Source: Porphyridium purpureum (Eukaryota). Taken from it: a stretch of DNA of 64,000 nucleotides. Position numbers and translations under genes: made by a program. The stretch is taken from positions 1,736,001 to 1,800,000 of the forward strand of contig VRMN01000002.1 in assembly GCA_008690995.1 (NCBI GenBank). The letters run 5' to 3'. The notes below the pieces were generated by a model. The model had not been told where the DNA came from, made no database searches, and saw only the letters and a list, made by a program, of their open reading frames with translations. Numbering within the stretch: the stretch's first letter is position 1; every line of letters begins with the position of its first letter. Below, in pieces: positions 51,202-61,748 of the stretch.

Positions 51202-54156
51202 CTAAGCGAACTGGAAAACGACGCGGTCCTTACGCTCGGGAACCGTGTCGACTGACACAATCACGTCAACCGTTTGCATCACTTTAAATTCACTGCCGTC
51301 CTCGTACTTGACCGACTGGCCGCCCTCTGCGAGGTGCGGCTTGCGGTTCTCGTCCAAGTACAGAATGCCCTCCAGCCCAAACTTGGGGATCAAAACTACC
51401 AGGCCATTACTCTGCACGCGCATAATGCGCCCTTGCTGTCGCATCGCCTTGTCGCGAAAGAGGAGCAGCGTATGCAAGTTGATTGATCCGCGCGATGCAT
51501 ATTGTGCGCTGCGGTGGCGCTCATTGATCACATTGGCCAATCCCTGCATGTGCTTGGAATCATACAGCACCTCTGGTAGAGCCGAGTAGCCGATGCAAGC
51601 CTGCAGTTGTCGATGGACAATCACATCCGCGTAGCGCCGAATCGGTGAGGTGAAATGTGTGTACACAGGTGCTGCAAGGCCATAGTGCAAGTAGTCCGAA
51701 TATCCTAGCTCGCCAGAACTGAAGTAGACCGCTTGTGACATGCAGCGCGTGGTCAAGATGCGGAGAAGCGTCGAGAGGTACGGATCCTTCTTTCCAAACG
51801 CGAGCTCGACGCGATTGAGCGATTCATTCAGTGTCTTGCTGCTAGACACGTCCAACTCGATGCCGTAAGCCGCCGCCGTTTTCAACAGCGGCTCAAACAT
51901 CTCATCTGTCGGTTTCGGGTGGCGTCGCAGCAGGCTGCATTTCGGGAAATGCTTCAGAATCTTTTCCGCCACCTGAATGTTTGCAAGCAACATAAACTCC
52001 TCGACCATCTTATTTGTCTCGCGGATTTTGTACAACTTCACATCCGTCACATCGTTTGTCTCAGCCTCTAACTCAAAAGAGACTTCAGGCGACGCCAACG
52101 ACAGAGCTCCGGCGTCGGTGCGTCTTTGCCGAAGTTTCTCAGCGAGCGACGCGAGCCCCAACAGAGAATTTCCCAACTCGTCAGCGTGATCACGTTTAGA
52201 CCGAATTCCATCGAGCATGTTCTGTGCCTGTTCGTACGTCATTGCGCGCCGTGATTTGATCACAGAGCGCCCAAACTCGGCTGATAACACGTTGGCGTCC
52301 TTATCCATCACCAAAATCACCGAGAAGGCGAGCCGCTCCACTCCTCCAACAAGAGAACATAAGTTGGATGTTAGCATCGCGGGCAGCATTTCGATGCGTC
52401 GGTCAACGAGGTAAACCGTGGTCCCGCGCTCAGCGGCTTCCATATCTAGAGCGCTTCCGTGCTGCACAAACGCAGTGACATCGGCGATGTGGATCCCCAC
52501 TTCATATCCCTCGCCATCAGGCAAACTGACGCAATGCAGAGCGTCGTCAATGTCGGTACACCCCGGCGGGTCCACACTGGCGACGGGTTTGCTTCTTAAA
52601 TCCCAGCGCTTGCGGATGTGCTCCTCCGACACCGCCCAGTTTTCTCCGTCAGGCAAGCAGTCCAGTGCGGCCTTGCTGAACTTGCGGTGCGGTACGCTAT
52701 TCTCCATGAGAATTACTTCAGTTTCCGCATCCTTATCGCCACTGCTGCCAATCTCCTGCACCACATGACCTGAAGGATTTGCGCTAAACCGGCTCCAACT
52801 ATCGACAACTACAATCAATCGCTTTCCGAAAAGATCTCGGATTCTCGCCGACCGAATACGAACCAAAGGAATCTTTCGGTCCGCCGGAACAAAGAGAGCG
52901 CTGTCTCCTCCGGAATACGAGGATTGTTGCAGCGAACCACTATACGGCCGCCAATTTCGCTGGCTGATTCGTACCACGCGGCCCGATGGCGTGGCAAGCT
53001 TGCAAACTTGATCCTGTGAAATGCCGTTCGTATCACCATCGTCACCTTCCTTGTCCTGTGCTGCCTCCTGCTCCACAATACGATCAGAAACCGTTTTCCA
53101 CTCGCTGCGATCAAGCAGCTCGATTACCACGCGGTCGCCGTCAAATGCGCGGTTATGACTGCTTTTTCCAATGAGCATGATGGTGGTCCGGTCATCAAGA
53201 TTTGACTTCTTATGGAGTGCGACCGACACAGACGCCTCAAGGAGGTTATAAGGACTAGAGCGAAACGTGCCTTCCACATAGCGGCCCGACTGAAGCCCTT
53301 GTAAAGCTGCAAGTTCCGAGATGTGCTCTGCGAAAAGCGTACGGCGTTTTTTGGATAATAGCTCCTCGTCGTCGAGCTCACCGCCTTCCTCCTCAAGGGC
53401 CTCATCATCCTCTGCGTTCCCTAATGCGCACAGCTCGACCAATCGCGAGTACTGTTTTGAGTACTTGTCTACCAGGGTGCGTATCGACATGACCGTCACG
53501 TCGCCGCCATACTTGACCGGAGCTTCACGCTCAAACGCCACACTATTCGTTAGGATTATCGGGATGAGGCCGAAGGGTTGCCAATGCGTTCGGAGAAACT
53601 TGACGGTCTCTGTGAGCCGTCTACGGTCATATTCAATGTCAGACTCGTGCGGGAGTCGATCCAAGTAAGTATGGACGTGATGCTCATTCGAAAAGAGCGC
53701 AAATTGCTTCCTATTCCTTTCTACGGCTTGAGCTTTCGTTTTCATAGCGGCGGAACCAGACCTGCCCATCTGCTCGTCCGACAGGGCCGTGCTCTTTTCG
53801 CCCGTTGTCAAATCACGTGCACGCACCCACATCTTGGCCGAGCGCGTCAGAACCGCGCTAAGCACGCTCTGGAGAAGGAGCAGTTCGTCCATGAGCGGCG
53901 ACACATCGCTCTCAAGTAAATCCATTTGGTACAAGAGTACCGACGCGTCTGGAACAAAGCACACGGCCGCCGACGCCGAGATGCGGCCCAACGCAGCGCC
54001 GTACTCCGGCAGCATAGCGCACGCGTCGCACGCGCTCGCGTGACATGGCAAGTCGTCGCGCAAGTACACCTCGCGCCCTTCCACATACACGCGGTTGGAC
54101 CGATTTCGTCGCGCGTCTAGGCGTGCGCGAACCCCAACAATCCCTCGCGACACCAT
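51202..54156 (-). CDS. DIS3: exosome catalytic subunit DIS3/RRP44
   Basis: REVYLRDDLPC...CxxC (CR3), PIN-like region, RNB motif SVDPPGCTDIDDALH, HYGLA..YTHFTSPIRRY, S1 domain. Confidence 0.93.
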   Translation of the reverse strand: MVSRGIVGVRARLDARRNRSNRVYVEGREVYLRDDLPCHASACDACAMLPEYGAALGRISASAAVCFVPDASVLLYQMDLLESDVSPLMDELLLLQSVLSAVLTRSAKMWVRARDLTTGEKSTALSDEQMGRSGSAAMKTKAQAVERNRKQFALFSNEHHVHTYLDRLPHESDIEYDRRRLTETVKFLRTHWQPFGLIPIILTNSVAFEREAPVKYGGDVTVMSIRTLVDKYSKQYSRLVELCALGNAEDDEALEEEGGELDDEELLSKKRRTLFAEHISELAALQGLQSGRYVEGTFRSSPYNLLEASVSVALHKKSNLDDRTTIMLIGKSSHNRAFDGDRVVIELLDRSEWKTVSDRIVEQEAAQDKEGDDGDTNGISQDQVCKLATPSGRVVRISQRNWRPYSGSLQQSSYSGGDSALFVPADRKIPLVRIRSARIRDLFGKRLIVVVDSWSRFSANPSGHVVQEIGSSGDKDAETEVILMENSVPHRKFSKAALDCLPDGENWAVSEEHIRKRWDLRSKPVASVDPPGCTDIDDALHCVSLPDGEGYEVGIHIADVTAFVQHGSALDMEAAERGTTVYLVDRRIEMLPAMLTSNLCSLVGGVERLAFSVILVMDKDANVLSAEFGRSVIKSRRAMTYEQAQNMLDGIRSKRDHADELGNSLLGLASLAEKLRQRRTDAGALSLASPEVSFELEAETNDVTDVKLYKIRETNKMVEEFMLLANIQVAEKILKHFPKCSLLRRHPKPTDEMFEPLLKTAAAYGIELDVSSSKTLNESLNRVELAFGKKDPYLSTLLRILTTRCMSQAVYFSSGELGYSDYLHYGLAAPVYTHFTSPIRRYADVIVHRQLQACIGYSALPEVLYDSKHMQGLANVINERHRSAQYASRGSINLHTLLLFRDKAMRQQGRIMRVQSNGLVVLIPKFGLEGILYLDENRKPHLAEGGQSVKYEDGSEFKVMQTVDVIVSVDTVPERKDRVVFQFA

Positions 54157-54327
54157 CGCGTGGCGCTCAATCGCTCGCGCCTCCTGCCCGTCAACCAATC
54201 TGAGACAGCACACACGACAGGAACCACACCCAACGTCGACAGCAGGGAACGACCTACTACTTTCGAACAGGAAGAACCAACCGGCCAAGGCGCAAGTCCT
54301 TTACCGGTGAGAAGTCGGCGGCACAGC

Positions 54328-54813
54328 ATGGATGTCGAAGCGCTGAAAAACTACACGACAGATTGGCAGGCGTGCGTGGTTTTCAACACGGCGGGTATTC
54401 TGTTCGAGAAGACGGAGAATCTATCCACAGGGAAGCCAACCGAGCTCAAGTTCGAGCGGGACGTGCGGCCGATCTTGGACGCACGCGTGTTTGACGACCG
54501 TGACACGGCGATCGGGAGAGGCGTCCGGTGGCTTGGGAATCAGTACGAAATCTCGCAGTGGCACGCGTCGCCTGGTGCGGAACCGCAACTTTTATTCGGG
54601 CGCTGCGGCGGCGGCGGTCAGGACGGCGTCGGATTGGCGATCGCGCGCAGATCGGCAGATACCGATGTGTACGTACTGATCACCTATGCGTGGCCAATCG
54701 TTGCAGGACTTGCGGTTTCGCAGCTGAGGGATTTGTGCTTGTCGGACTTGTTGCTCGCAGACCAAGCAAGTGCACGGACCGAGCTCGCACCGGCGTCGCC
54801 GAAACTGGAGTAG
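54328..54813 (+). CDS. divergent profilin-like protein
   Basis: About 160 aa; FDDRDTAIGRGVRWLGNQY, LLFGRCG...GVGLAI, VLITYAWP...AVSQL follows the profilin fold pattern. Confidence 0.5.
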   Translation: MDVEALKNYTTDWQACVVFNTAGILFEKTENLSTGKPTELKFERDVRPILDARVFDDRDTAIGRGVRWLGNQYEISQWHASPGAEPQLLFGRCGGGGQDGVGLAIARRSADTDVYVLITYAWPIVAGLAVSQLRDLCLSDLLLADQASARTELAPASPKLE

Positions 54814-54851
54814 TCCGTACGCACTTGACACGTTGGTAAGGGACACTCAAA

Positions 54852-55748
54852 ATGCCGAAGACACGGAAGCTCCGCGGAGGAAAGCCAACGGGTAATGTCC
54901 ACTCCAGAGCAAATCGGGACCGAGGTCGCGGACAAAGTTCCGCGCCTTTGAGTCGCCCAAACCGTGGCAGAGGGAAAACGTCGAGTGATTCTCGTGTCGC
55001 TGCCGGGAGACTGGAGAAGAGCACTAGCAAGAACGACCGCGCGATTGACGTCGCAATACGTTCACGCCACCTGGAAGCGGCATTTATAGCGCTCTCGAAT
55101 ACGAATCCAGTATTTCTTGGACCATATTCGAGTCGGCAGCGAATTCTTCTGCTTGGTGAGGCCGACCTCTCGTTCACCGCTGCGTTGCTTGCGGGACTGG
55201 GCGTGAGCTCGAACATTGTCGCGACCTGCTTCGAATCTGAGGCTACTCTAAATGAAAAGTACTCAGCCTTTGCGGCGCGCCGTGACGCGCTTCTGTCGGC
55301 AGGCGTTGAAATCAAGTATGAAGTTGACGCGACCTGTCTCCACGAGCCTCAAGGAGGTATTGGCCCGGATCGTGAGACCTCACGTTTTGATGTGTGCGTT
55401 TTCAACTTTCCCCATGTTGGTGGCGGCAGCCTGAAAGAGGATCGCGTGGCGAACATCCAAATGCTGAGCGGGTTCTTTGCTTCGAGCCGTCAGACGGCAT
55501 GTTTGGCAAAGCCCCGTGCGCGAGTACACGTAGTGCTGCGGAGCACAGCATTCTACGACAGTTGGGACGTGTGCTCAATTGCAAAGCAAGCTGGGCTGCG
55601 CTTCCTAAACAAGGAACCTTTCGAGGTAGACGCCTTTGAGCAGCTCGGATACTGCGCGGTGCGAACTAGTGGTGATGGTACGCAGATGCGCCAGGCTCCC
55701 AGCACCGAGAAGGCGTTTCGTTACGTCTTCCAGATCGAGCCGGCTTAG
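54852..55748 (+). CDS. 25S rRNA uridine-N3 methyltransferase BMT5-like (DUF2431)
   Basis: ILLLGEADLSF, VATCFES, VDAT, FNFPHVGG, YDSWD. Confidence 0.85.
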   Translation: MPKTRKLRGGKPTGNVHSRANRDRGRGQSSAPLSRPNRGRGKTSSDSRVAAGRLEKSTSKNDRAIDVAIRSRHLEAAFIALSNTNPVFLGPYSSRQRILLLGEADLSFTAALLAGLGVSSNIVATCFESEATLNEKYSAFAARRDALLSAGVEIKYEVDATCLHEPQGGIGPDRETSRFDVCVFNFPHVGGGSLKEDRVANIQMLSGFFASSRQTACLAKPRARVHVVLRSTAFYDSWDVCSIAKQAGLRFLNKEPFEVDAFEQLGYCAVRTSGDGTQMRQAPSTEKAFRYVFQIEPA

Positions 55749-56149
55749 TTCATTGAGTAAAGATGACATGCAACTGGGATGAAACAACGTTGATGAACAA
55801 GCTCTCTCGCTGACTCCTCTGTCAAATTCGATACACCAGCTCCTTCGAAGCTGCATTACCGCGTCGAATGTATGTTCGTATCTTTCAGGTCTGATCCTCT
55901 GACGCACACGCACGATTCAAATACGCATCAGAACCGAAACCCGCGCGGTCTGGCCTCCAAGACCACGAAATGTGCTCGAGAAAGGATCGTCCTGCTCGAG
56001 CGGGGGCTGCTCCACACCACCCGACATCCACTAATCGCTGCATCGTCAGTCGCGGCTTCGACCACCGCAGCGTGTTCAGTGCTGTTCAGTTCTGCGCGTG
56101 ATTCTGCGCGAGCCGTTTTCCATGTCGACCAAAGATTGGCAACGACGCG

Positions 56150-57697
56150 ATGAGTGACGGATACGCCGCACGCCTGAGCCCGGGCTTCAAAGGGCAGCTG
56201 AACCTCACGGAATGCAGGGAGCCGCACCGCGCGCTGATGTTGCGGAAAGCAGCGTGGCTCGCGGAACAAATTGCCTCGGCACAGAGCGTCGTTTTTCACA
56301 CGGGCGCCGGCATCTCGACCAGCAGCGGCATTCAGGACTTCCGAGGACCTGCGGGCGTGTGGACATTGGAGAGCCGCCGCAAACGGAAGCGCGTCAATGC
56401 GGCTGATTTGGCAAAGCATGAAGATGAGGCTGTGCCCGTTGCTGAGGTAACCGAGTCCATGGCTCTGGCTTTGCCCACTTTGACGCACATGGTTCTGGCC
56501 AAGATGGTGCAGCAAACGCCGGGCAAGACGCGTGTGATTTCGCAAAATGTCGATAATTTGCACGTTCGTTCCGGGCTTGACTTTGAGCACCTGCGGGAGA
56601 TTCATGGGAACACTGTGCTGGAGTATTGCCGGTACTGTGGTGCGACGTACCCTCGTGACTTTGAGATTGAGCGCGTCGGGGTGGAGGTTCGAGGAGGCTC
56701 GCGCCGGTGCGACAATCCAGATTGCGCCAATATCAATGACCCGCTCCATGCAGATGTGCTCGACTTTAATGATCCTCTCAACGCCGAGCACCTCACGTTT
56801 GCCCGACAAGCGTCTAAAGCAGCCGATTTGTGCGTCGTACTTGGGTCGAGTTTACAAATGCTTCCATCACGGGAATTTCCGCAACTATGCAAGCGACCGA
56901 AAGTTGCTGTCGGAAACCAACCCAGCGTGCGCGGCCAGCTTGCCATAATCAATTTGTCGAGGACCCCAAAGGATCATCTTGCAGATATGGTTTGTCGTCA
57001 CGAGACGGATGAGTTCATGTTCCATGTCGCAAGAGAACTTGGCATAGACATTGACGCGCATCGCCGATACTTAATTTTGTATACACAGTGGACATTGGAT
57101 AAGTTGTGTGTTGCTTGCGATCGCAGAATGAGCTGGTTTCGAGTTCCTTACATACGGTGCGCTACGCTGGTGTGCGGCACGACCGGAGTTGCGCTGGATT
57201 CTCCAGTGTGTGTCACGGAAGATGCGCAGAAACCTCTGTGTCTAAAAGTCGGATCCTCGCATGCAGTGCAGACAATGCCAAAGGTAATGCTGCGATTGGA
57301 TTTTTTCAAGCGCGCTCACTACGTAGCAGAAGTGCTGCTGGATTGTAGCCGTATGAGCACCGATGTTTTCACACCAGCCCAAGCTTTGGAGCAGCAATCG
57401 GCACATGACTGCAGCCAGCCTGTCGGCCATCGCATTCTGGTCGCCGAGAAGAGCTTTGCAGCGGAATGTGAAGAATACCGCTCGCAGTGCGCGGGTGAGC
57501 GTGTTGCCAGCAGGCAAACCGGCGAACAGGATGCCAAGCGAAGGAGTGCCTCGGCAGTGAACCATCCGTTTACTTTTTGTGTGCGTGTCAATGAGCATCC
57601 GTTTCGCACGTGGCAGTGCGTGCTGTGCCACCAAAAGTTCCACACCAACTCTCGCGACCTCAAGCTGCATCACCGCCAGTGTCTGCACATCGTTTAA
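56150..57697 (+). CDS. class IV sirtuin (SIRT6/SRT1-like) NAD-dependent deacylase
   Basis: HTGAGISTSSGIQDFRGPAGVWT, PTLTHM, SQNVDNLH, EIHGN, LGSSLQ. Confidence 0.92.
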   Translation: MSDGYAARLSPGFKGQLNLTECREPHRALMLRKAAWLAEQIASAQSVVFHTGAGISTSSGIQDFRGPAGVWTLESRRKRKRVNAADLAKHEDEAVPVAEVTESMALALPTLTHMVLAKMVQQTPGKTRVISQNVDNLHVRSGLDFEHLREIHGNTVLEYCRYCGATYPRDFEIERVGVEVRGGSRRCDNPDCANINDPLHADVLDFNDPLNAEHLTFARQASKAADLCVVLGSSLQMLPSREFPQLCKRPKVAVGNQPSVRGQLAIINLSRTPKDHLADMVCRHETDEFMFHVARELGIDIDAHRRYLILYTQWTLDKLCVACDRRMSWFRVPYIRCATLVCGTTGVALDSPVCVTEDAQKPLCLKVGSSHAVQTMPKVMLRLDFFKRAHYVAEVLLDCSRMSTDVFTPAQALEQQSAHDCSQPVGHRILVAEKSFAAECEEYRSQCAGERVASRQTGEQDAKRRSASAVNHPFTFCVRVNEHPFRTWQCVLCHQKFHTNSRDLKLHHRQCLHIV

Positions 57698-57885
57698 TCT
57701 GTAGAACCCGGTAAACCGAGAAGTAAAGTGGCTTGCAGTGAGGTGAGCGGACTTGCGCACGGGTAGCGAGGACTGGACGGTAGGACAGAGTTGTGTTGCC
57801 CGTGTTGAAGTGAAGAGATGGTGGAGTGGCGAAGGGCCTAGAAATCTTCTATCGGTCGCAGCGGTTATTCGGGCGGTGGGAAAGT

Positions 57886-60495
57886 ATGGAGCGGCCGCGG
57901 AGTGTGAAGGACGTGATCACCCAGTTCGAAGGACAGGATCGCGCACAAGAGAGCGATTCGAGGTCTGACTGGAAGGGACAGGATGAGCTTGATTCGTCTG
58001 AAACGCCGGAGCAGGCGGCAAAGCGCATGCTGAGCATCATTGGCGTAGACTCTGCCCCGACCAGAAAGGATTCGATAGCGGATGATCAGCAAGCCGAAGA
58101 TGCGCGCAACGAGAAGCATACCCACACCCCACAGAAGCCCCGCTCGACACCCAATCGCAGCGTAAAGGCGGCGTCAGCATCTCAGTTGGTCAAGCCCGCG
58201 GCTTTGAGACAGGACACCGAGGTTGTGAGAAAGATCAGCGAGCCAAAGGAGCCTCACTCAACGCCAAACCCGAATCAAAAAACATCATCGTCATCGCAGC
58301 TCCCGAAACCGACGGCGACGAGCGCGAGAAAGACGTCGAAAAGGTTCCTAGGGGCGACGCAAAGTACCTTGGCGAAAGCAGCGTCCGCCAAGAACGACGA
58401 GGAGACCGGGAGTGGCGTGCATGAGCCGCACGCGACCCCACAGCGCCAACTGTCCGACAGGGACATGGTACAGGCGCACGAGTCCGTTCTGTTGTCTGAG
58501 AATTCAAGTCGAGACGAACAGCTTAGTAAGGGCAACCAGGAAGGACACTGCACACCCACGCCGGCGACGATCGGAACTTCGTCAAAGCTGGTGATGACAG
58601 GCGCCGAGGGCCAGCTTTCGGAGACGAGCTGGGTCAGCGCTGCGCAGTCGGCTCACGACAAGGAGCATAAAGGCACGGGGATCCAATCAAATCAGAAAAT
58701 GAGTGGTGAATCTGTTCCGGAGGATTCTGGTTTGAACGAGGAAATTGAGGCTGCCGAATCTGAGCGCCGCGAGACAGACGCGGGCGCGTCTGCGGCAACG
58801 GCGCGCCTGCAGCGGCTGTCCGCGTATTTGTCTCAACCCCCTAGTAGCTCGCAGGCGCTGGACGTTATGCTGGGCGTAGCGCTGGGCACAGGGCTGGTGC
58901 TGCTAGTGTATGCAAACGCGCGTTTGACCGAATCCGTGGTATTCGGACTTATTGTCGCGGCGCTTCTCGCGAGTCCGCTGCTGCCCATCCGAGAGTATGC
59001 GTATATCAATTTACTGGGCGGTCGGGGCGATGCTGATGACGAGAGTGGCGATGAAAAGCATAGCGAAGCAGCTATTGCACAGGAGCTGGTGTTTCGCTTG
59101 CCGAGGAGATCAACGGTTCTGATTCTAGTGTGCACGTTCCTCTTCCTGATGCTGATGCGTCCAGCAGCGGCCGGTTCGCTTCTTGCATTTGCATTTGGAA
59201 TCGTTGTTGTCTTGTTACTACTGCTGGGCGTTCTACGCTTGCTTTTGCTTTTAAATGCCATCGAGCGCGCAACGGCGGCGTCTTTGTTCGCCATGGGTTC
59301 GCTGCTTGTGGTGGGATTGGCCACCGCGTCGTCCTTTTTGGGTGGCGTAACGCTAGATGTTGTGCATAGCGCCGTGGCCGCAAAGGACTGGGCCCACGAG
59401 TCTTTGCAGGGCTCCGGCAGCATTGACATGTTACAAGAGCATCTGAATTTCGTGCAGGAACATGGTGCTCGACTCTCAAAGCTGCATGCCAGCACGATTG
59501 AGACGCACACGGCCTTCATTTCGGAACAGCTCGACGTCAACGTCACAGCGCTGCTCCTGGGTGCACTAGAGGGAGGGTCTGGGCCCGAGAATGCAACATC
59601 TGCGATTGATTGGACGTCACTGTGGCATTCTGTACAGAACAAGACGATGGCAAGGGCCGGCCAATACAAGGAGCAGCTGGGTGAAAGTGTGCGTGTGCCT
59701 AGGAGCTCGCAGGATGTGATGGACCTGTGGACCAAGCTAGGGGAGGTGGCATCCGACGAGACGGTGCAACGCGCGCAGACAACGGTGCTGTCGTTGTTGC
59801 AGAAGCTATTCTCGTTTGCGACGAGTATGTTCAGCTCGGCATCCGAACTCTTCGAGAGCTTTTCGGATGTGGTCTCCATTCTCGGTTTGACATTTTACTT
59901 CTTGAAGACCGAGCTCACGGTTGTTTCTTCGCTTTCTGCGCTGCTTCCGTTCCCAGATGGTGTGATGAACAAGAGTCTTGATCACGATGCGCATATTGCT
60001 ATCATGGCGCTGTTTTGGGGCATTTCACGCTTCTTTTTCATCAACGTGGCGTATGTCTGGATGATGTTTAGCGCTTTCCGGCTGCAATTTCCTTTCCTCG
60101 CCGCGCTGGTGGCCGGCTTGAGTTCGGCTATTCCTATGCTGCCATCGTCCTGGGTGATGGTACTGCTTTTTTCTGCTCCACAATTGTTGATGCGCGATCA
60201 CGGATGGGTGCTGCTACTCGTTGTCACGCTTCCGCATGTCGCTCTGCAGCTCGACATAGACATGTTTTACAAGCGCATTGGTGAGCACATGAAGCTCTCC
60301 AAGGGGCTTTTGAACCGAAGCCTGTTCTCCGCGATGCTGCTGCTCGGGTACAGTAGCCACGGTGTGCGAGGGCTCGTCATAGCACCCTTTGCCGTCACCT
60401 GCAGCTTGCTCATCTATGAGCTACTGGCTCGCATCATCGCAGATGGTCAGCGCGCTCGCGGAAGTTTGAGTCCAATTAGCGCCGAGAAAGTCTAA
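57886..60495 (+). CDS. multi-pass membrane protein, AI-2E/TMEM245-like, with a disordered N-terminus
   Basis: Many TM segments; TFYFLK, IP, and the C-terminal pattern LLGYSSHGVRGLVIAP typical of the AI-2E/TMEM245 family. Confidence 0.65.
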   Translation: MERPRSVKDVITQFEGQDRAQESDSRSDWKGQDELDSSETPEQAAKRMLSIIGVDSAPTRKDSIADDQQAEDARNEKHTHTPQKPRSTPNRSVKAASASQLVKPAALRQDTEVVRKISEPKEPHSTPNPNQKTSSSSQLPKPTATSARKTSKRFLGATQSTLAKAASAKNDEETGSGVHEPHATPQRQLSDRDMVQAHESVLLSENSSRDEQLSKGNQEGHCTPTPATIGTSSKLVMTGAEGQLSETSWVSAAQSAHDKEHKGTGIQSNQKMSGESVPEDSGLNEEIEAAESERRETDAGASAATARLQRLSAYLSQPPSSSQALDVMLGVALGTGLVLLVYANARLTESVVFGLIVAALLASPLLPIREYAYINLLGGRGDADDESGDEKHSEAAIAQELVFRLPRRSTVLILVCTFLFLMLMRPAAAGSLLAFAFGIVVVLLLLLGVLRLLLLLNAIERATAASLFAMGSLLVVGLATASSFLGGVTLDVVHSAVAAKDWAHESLQGSGSIDMLQEHLNFVQEHGARLSKLHASTIETHTAFISEQLDVNVTALLLGALEGGSGPENATSAIDWTSLWHSVQNKTMARAGQYKEQLGESVRVPRSSQDVMDLWTKLGEVASDETVQRAQTTVLSLLQKLFSFATSMFSSASELFESFSDVVSILGLTFYFLKTELTVVSSLSALLPFPDGVMNKSLDHDAHIAIMALFWGISRFFFINVAYVWMMFSAFRLQFPFLAALVAGLSSAIPMLPSSWVMVLLFSAPQLLMRDHGWVLLLVVTLPHVALQLDIDMFYKRIGEHMKLSKGLLNRSLFSAMLLLGYSSHGVRGLVIAPFAVTCSLLIYELLARIIADGQRARGSLSPISAEKV

Positions 60496-61292
60496 ACGGT
60501 GCTTACCTTTGTTGGTCCGGCCGAAGGATTCGTGCGTGCACGTGCGCTGGGTTTTGAGTGTGATATGGGTCAGCAGGAGTCTCGATTGGCTACGAACTTT
60601 GATAGTTAATATGTGCGGATGCGATTCGAAAGACCTTTGCTTTACAATTCTCGTCCAACGCCCGTGCTTCCGCTTCAGGAACAAAGCTCCGGCAAGGCTG
60701 CCGTGAGTGTAGTTCCTTTCCTCTGGGAATTTTGAGGGTAAAAGAGCCTGGCATCACTCCGCGCGTATGGTCCGGGCCCATCCGCAAGATTCTCACGACT
60801 ACCTTCCGCGGTTTCCTCTCATTGTACGAACCCTACCTCCAGATGCCGGAGCGCTACGCTCCGCGTGAGGAGTTGGTAACACCACAGACCCGGGAGATGT
60901 TTTCACTCGCAAAGGCACACGCCATTCACACCCACAGTGACCATAGCGGTGCCATTGGCTCATTCACGTGGCTGAGGTTCCCACGGGTCATGCACTTCCG
61001 TAAGTACTGACTGAGAATACACTGGCTTTCCGTCTCCCGCCGTCGCGCGACAGCCCGCTGCAGCCGATTGTTCTGCGTCTGAAGACTATACGTGGCCCTC
61101 CAAGCTTCATACTGCAAAGCCGTGCAGCAACTGTACGCAGCTGGTCGTGACCGCGACGCAGTGGGAGCGCGAAGAACGAGGCAAAGATCATGTTTAACAT
61201 ATCGACAGCCATCTGCATGCGCAGCTCACGTATCTACAGAAATCGACCCAGAGAACTCGACTGGCCATACAAGAAACAGAAGAGGTCGTGCG

Positions 61293-61748
61293 CTATGAGA
61301 GCCAGGATTCTTCGACGACGGCCTGCACGCGCTTGTTGTACTCTCTCCGGTTCTCCTGGAAGAGGCGCGCCGCCTCCGAGTTTGCCGGCGAGTTTGGGTT
61401 TGGATCACAGAGCAGCGACTGGATAGAAGTGAGGACAGCGGTGATATCGTAAATCGGGCTCCAGTTGCTCTGCAAGATATCTAGACAGATTCCGCCGTCT
61501 GCGTAGACGTTTGGGTGGAAGAGCCGCGAGACAAACTTGACGACCGGGGGCTTATTGGGATACTCCTCTGAGAACTGCATGGTGAGCTTGAACGTGCCTC
61601 CCTCCCAGGCAGTATCATCTGGCCCGAAGATAATCGCGTTCCACTTCATGATATCATTATCGCACGGCGCGCCCGTGACGCCTATCGGCGGGTCATTCTG
61701 CAGTTTCTTAAAGTCGCGCATCAGCCGCCTCCTCGCCGGCGTCGACAT
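61293..61748 (-). CDS. UBC2: ubiquitin-conjugating enzyme E2, Rad6 type
   Basis: [44 protein letters not shown]. Confidence 0.97.
   Translation of the reverse strand: MSTPARRRLMRDFKKLQNDPPIGVTGAPCDNDIMKWNAIIFGPDDTAWEGGTFKLTMQFSEEYPNKPPVVKFVSRLFHPNVYADGGICLDILQSNWSPIYDITAVLTSIQSLLCDPNPNSPANSEAARLFQENRREYNKRVQAVVEESWLS

Noticed and set aside
58833..59879. Long antisense ORFs here and opposite TPI, PSD1, AKR and BiP
   Set aside because: Shadow frames produced by codon bias of the real genes.
60700..60740. U2 snRNA-like GTGTAGT followed by an Sm-like AATTTTG
   Set aside because: The branch-recognition sequence does not continue as ATCTG, the U2 5' stem is missing and the spacing is wrong.
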